Shown: piece by piece, positions 62,095-64,000 of the stretch
Position numbering within the stretch: position 1 is the stretch's first letter
How the letters are laid out: every line of letters begins with the position of its first letter
Origin: Clostridia bacterium
Lineage (GTDB): Bacteria; Bacillota; Clostridia; JAAYHZ01
Direction of reading: 5' to 3'
DNA length: 64,000 nt
Assembly (NCBI GenBank): GCA_050950825.1
Contig: JBMNIH010000007.1
Span: 192,001 to 256,000, forward strand
Notes under the pieces: generated by a model
Database searches by the model: none
What the model was told of the DNA's origin: nothing
Seen by the model: the letters and a program-made list of their open reading frames with translations, nothing else
Made by a program: the position numbers and the translations under genes

Positions 62095-62796
62095 ATGAGT
62101 ATTTTCGCAATTTCGGACCTGCATTTATCCTTAGGAGCGGACAAGCCTATGGATATTTTTGGTCCTACATGGGAAGGATATACGGAGAAGATAAAGGAGA
62201 ATTGGGAAGCCCGAATCACGGACAGCGATACGGTCTTGATTCCGGGCGACATTTCTTGGGCTATGCGCATACAAGAAGCGGAAAAAGACTTTGTGTTTCT
62301 CGACCGTTTACCGGGACGTAAGATCGTTTCCAAGGGCAACCACGATTATTGGTGGAACAGCATGAAGAAAATCAAGGAGGCTTTTGATTCCTGGGGGGTT
62401 ACCACCATCGATATACTCCACAACAATTATTACGAGGCGGAAGGCTACGTAATATGCGGAACGAGAGGATGGAGGCACCCCGATAGCCCGGATGCCACGG
62501 AGCAGGATCGAAAGGTCTACGAAAGGGAATTGCACCGTTTGACCTTATCGTTGGAATCGGCAAAGCCGACAAACAAGCCGATCCTGTGCGGCTTGCATTA
62601 TCCGCCCTTTGGACCCTCCGGAGAGGATTCGGAATTTACCGAGCTTTTGGAAAAATACGGGGTAAAGATATGCATATACGGACATATCCACTACAATTTT
62701 GACGTGACGGGAATTGTTCGGGGGATGTATAACGGGATTCATTACCGGCTGGTATCGGCGGATTATTTGCAGTTCAAACCCTCTTTGGTGATATAG
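62095..62796 (+). CDS. Calcineurin-like metallophosphoesterase
   Basis: ISDLH, PGDISW, KGNHDYWW, HYPP, YGHIH. Confidence 0.92.
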   Translation: MSIFAISDLHLSLGADKPMDIFGPTWEGYTEKIKENWEARITDSDTVLIPGDISWAMRIQEAEKDFVFLDRLPGRKIVSKGNHDYWWNSMKKIKEAFDSWGVTTIDILHNNYYEAEGYVICGTRGWRHPDSPDATEQDRKVYERELHRLTLSLESAKPTNKPILCGLHYPPFGPSGEDSEFTELLEKYGVKICIYGHIHYNFDVTGIVRGMYNGIHYRLVSADYLQFKPSLVI

Positions 62797-62828
62797 GCGG
62801 GAGAAGACTCGGAAGAGGAAAAATGTTA

Positions 62829-62856
62829 TTGATTTTACTCTTGACTGTGGTATAAT
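62829..62856 (+). promoter_or_regulatory. Sigma-A promoter of tig
   Basis: TTGATT-16 bp-TATAAT with extended TG. Confidence 0.65.
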
Positions 62857-62922
62857 ATACAAGTTAAAGTGGCGAAAAAGCTAATTAATCGTAATATTTT
62901 GTTATCGATCGGAGGACATGGA

Positions 62923-64000
62923 ATGAGCGTTAAGCTGGAAAAACCGGAAAAAAACGTAGTGGTACTTGAAATAGAAGTGGACAAAGAAGTATTTAAAGAT
63001 GCTTTAAGAAAATCTTACAATAAGAACAAACATAGATTTAACGTACCCGGGTTCCGAAAAGGAAAGGCTCCTATGGAAGCCATTAAGCGCCTGTACGGTG
63101 AAGGCGTATTTTACGAAGATGCGTTGGATATTGTAATCCCGGATGCATATGAAAAAGCGGTAAAGGAAACCAACATCGAGCCGGTAGAATCACCGAAAAT
63201 TAATTTTGACGAAATTCCGGAAGACGGAAACTTTATCTTTACGGCCCGCGTAACCGTGAAGCCGGAAGTTCATATAACCCAATACAAGGGTGTGGATGCT
63301 GAAAAAGTCGTATACAAGGTGGAAGACAAGGACATCGAAAGAGAATTGGACCGCGTTGTTAAGCGCTGTGCAAGAAAGGTTACGGTGGAAGGCCGTCCCG
63401 TACAAGATCAGGATACGGTGGATATTGACTACGAAGGATTTATCGACGGTGTTGCCTTCGAAGGCGGAAAAGCGGAAGGCTACAGCTTGGTAATCGGATC
63501 GAAAACCTTCATTCCGGGCTTTGAAGATCAAATCATCGGCAAAAATGCAGGTGACGAGTTCGAAGTGAACGTAAAATTCCCGGAAGATTATCATAACAAA
63601 GACGTTGCCGGAAAAGATGCGGTATTTAAAGTGAAGCTGAACTCCATTTCCACGCTTGAATATCCCGAGGTAGACGACGAGTTCGCAAAAGATGTCAGCG
63701 AATTTGACACCTTGGAAGAATACAAAGCGGACATTCGAAAGAATTTGGAAAAACAAGCGGAAGCACGCACAAAATCGGAAGTCGAGAATAATGTAATTGA
63801 GGCGGTATTAAAAAATACCGAGATTGACGTTCCCGAAGTGATGGTTGAAAATGCCGTCGACAATTACGTAGAGGACTACGAAAGAAACATCCAACAGCAA
63901 TATCCGGGAACGGGATTAAACTTGGAAAAAATCCTATCCTTCCAAGGCATGACCCTTGCCGACTTTCGAAATCATCAAAAAGAGCATGCGTTGAGAGAAA
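62923..64000 (+). CDS. tig: Trigger factor (runs off the window; absent from the ORF track)
   Basis: My translation from ATG 62923 after GGAGG: MSVKLEKPEKNVVVLEIEV...VPGFRKGKAP, with FKBP-type FIPGFEDQIIG and FPEDYH. Confidence 0.97.
   Translation, partial: MSVKLEKPEKNVVVLEIEVDKEVFKDALRKSYNKNKHRFNVPGFRKGKAPMEAIKRLYGEGVFYEDALDIVIPDAYEKAVKETNIEPVESPKINFDEIPEDGNFIFTARVTVKPEVHITQYKGVDAEKVVYKVEDKDIERELDRVVKRCARKVTVEGRPVQDQDTVDIDYEGFIDGVAFEGGKAEGYSLVIGSKTFIPGFEDQIIGKNAGDEFEVNVKFPEDYHNKDVAGKDAVFKVKLNSISTLEYPEVDDEFAKDVSEFDTLEEYKADIRKNLEKQAEARTKSEVENNVIEAVLKNTEIDVPEVMVENAVDNYVEDYERNIQQQYPGTGLNLEKILSFQGMTLADFRNHQKEHALRE

Noticed and set aside
63190-63863. Minus-strand ORFs of 188 and 90 aa, and the many other short antisense or overlapping ORFs in the track
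   Set aside because: Shadows of well-supported genes (here tig) with no recognisable motifs or RBS.

Overview
Chromosomal window from a spore-forming Clostridia-like bacterium (SpoIID protein, sigE-like promoter). Two core-genome blocks flank an AT-rich accessory island of about 29 kb (~15491-44740) that starts 5 bp after the rpsI stop codon. The left core block (1-15485) has an ABC ATPase, OFA-type MFS, spoIID, queA-tgt-yajC, glpK, two ROK kinases plus a PIG-L deacetylase, truA and rplM-rpsI. The island contains, in order: a 455-bp gene-less element with Tn7-like ends, IS256, a non-coding region with 10-bp periodic repeats, a six-gene type 1 BREX system whose pglX has two frameshifts, a four-gene Mu/TnsBC-like transposon (Zn-finger protein, DDE transposase, ExeA-like ATPase, small ORF), a tyrosine recombinase broken by two insertions, IS4-like, IS3 and IS1182 elements, an apparently intact two-gene CBASS (CD-NTase plus S-4TM effector), a second near-identical IS256, and a truncated Phd/YefM-RelE toxin-antitoxin pair. 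The right block has two glycoside-hydrolase-like genes, ybjQ-like, a second IS1182, TetR with an ABC/FtsX exporter, a flavodiiron protein, amidohydrolase-tsaE-tsaB-rimI-uvrC, a metallophosphoesterase and the 5' part of tig. No rRNA, tRNA or CRISPR array was recognised. The best leads are the rpsI-targeted mini Tn7-like element, the four-gene transposon, IS1182 insertion into hairpin centres with rebuilt terminators, and the periodic repeat region upstream of BREX. All family assignments come from motif recognition by eye, not database searches.
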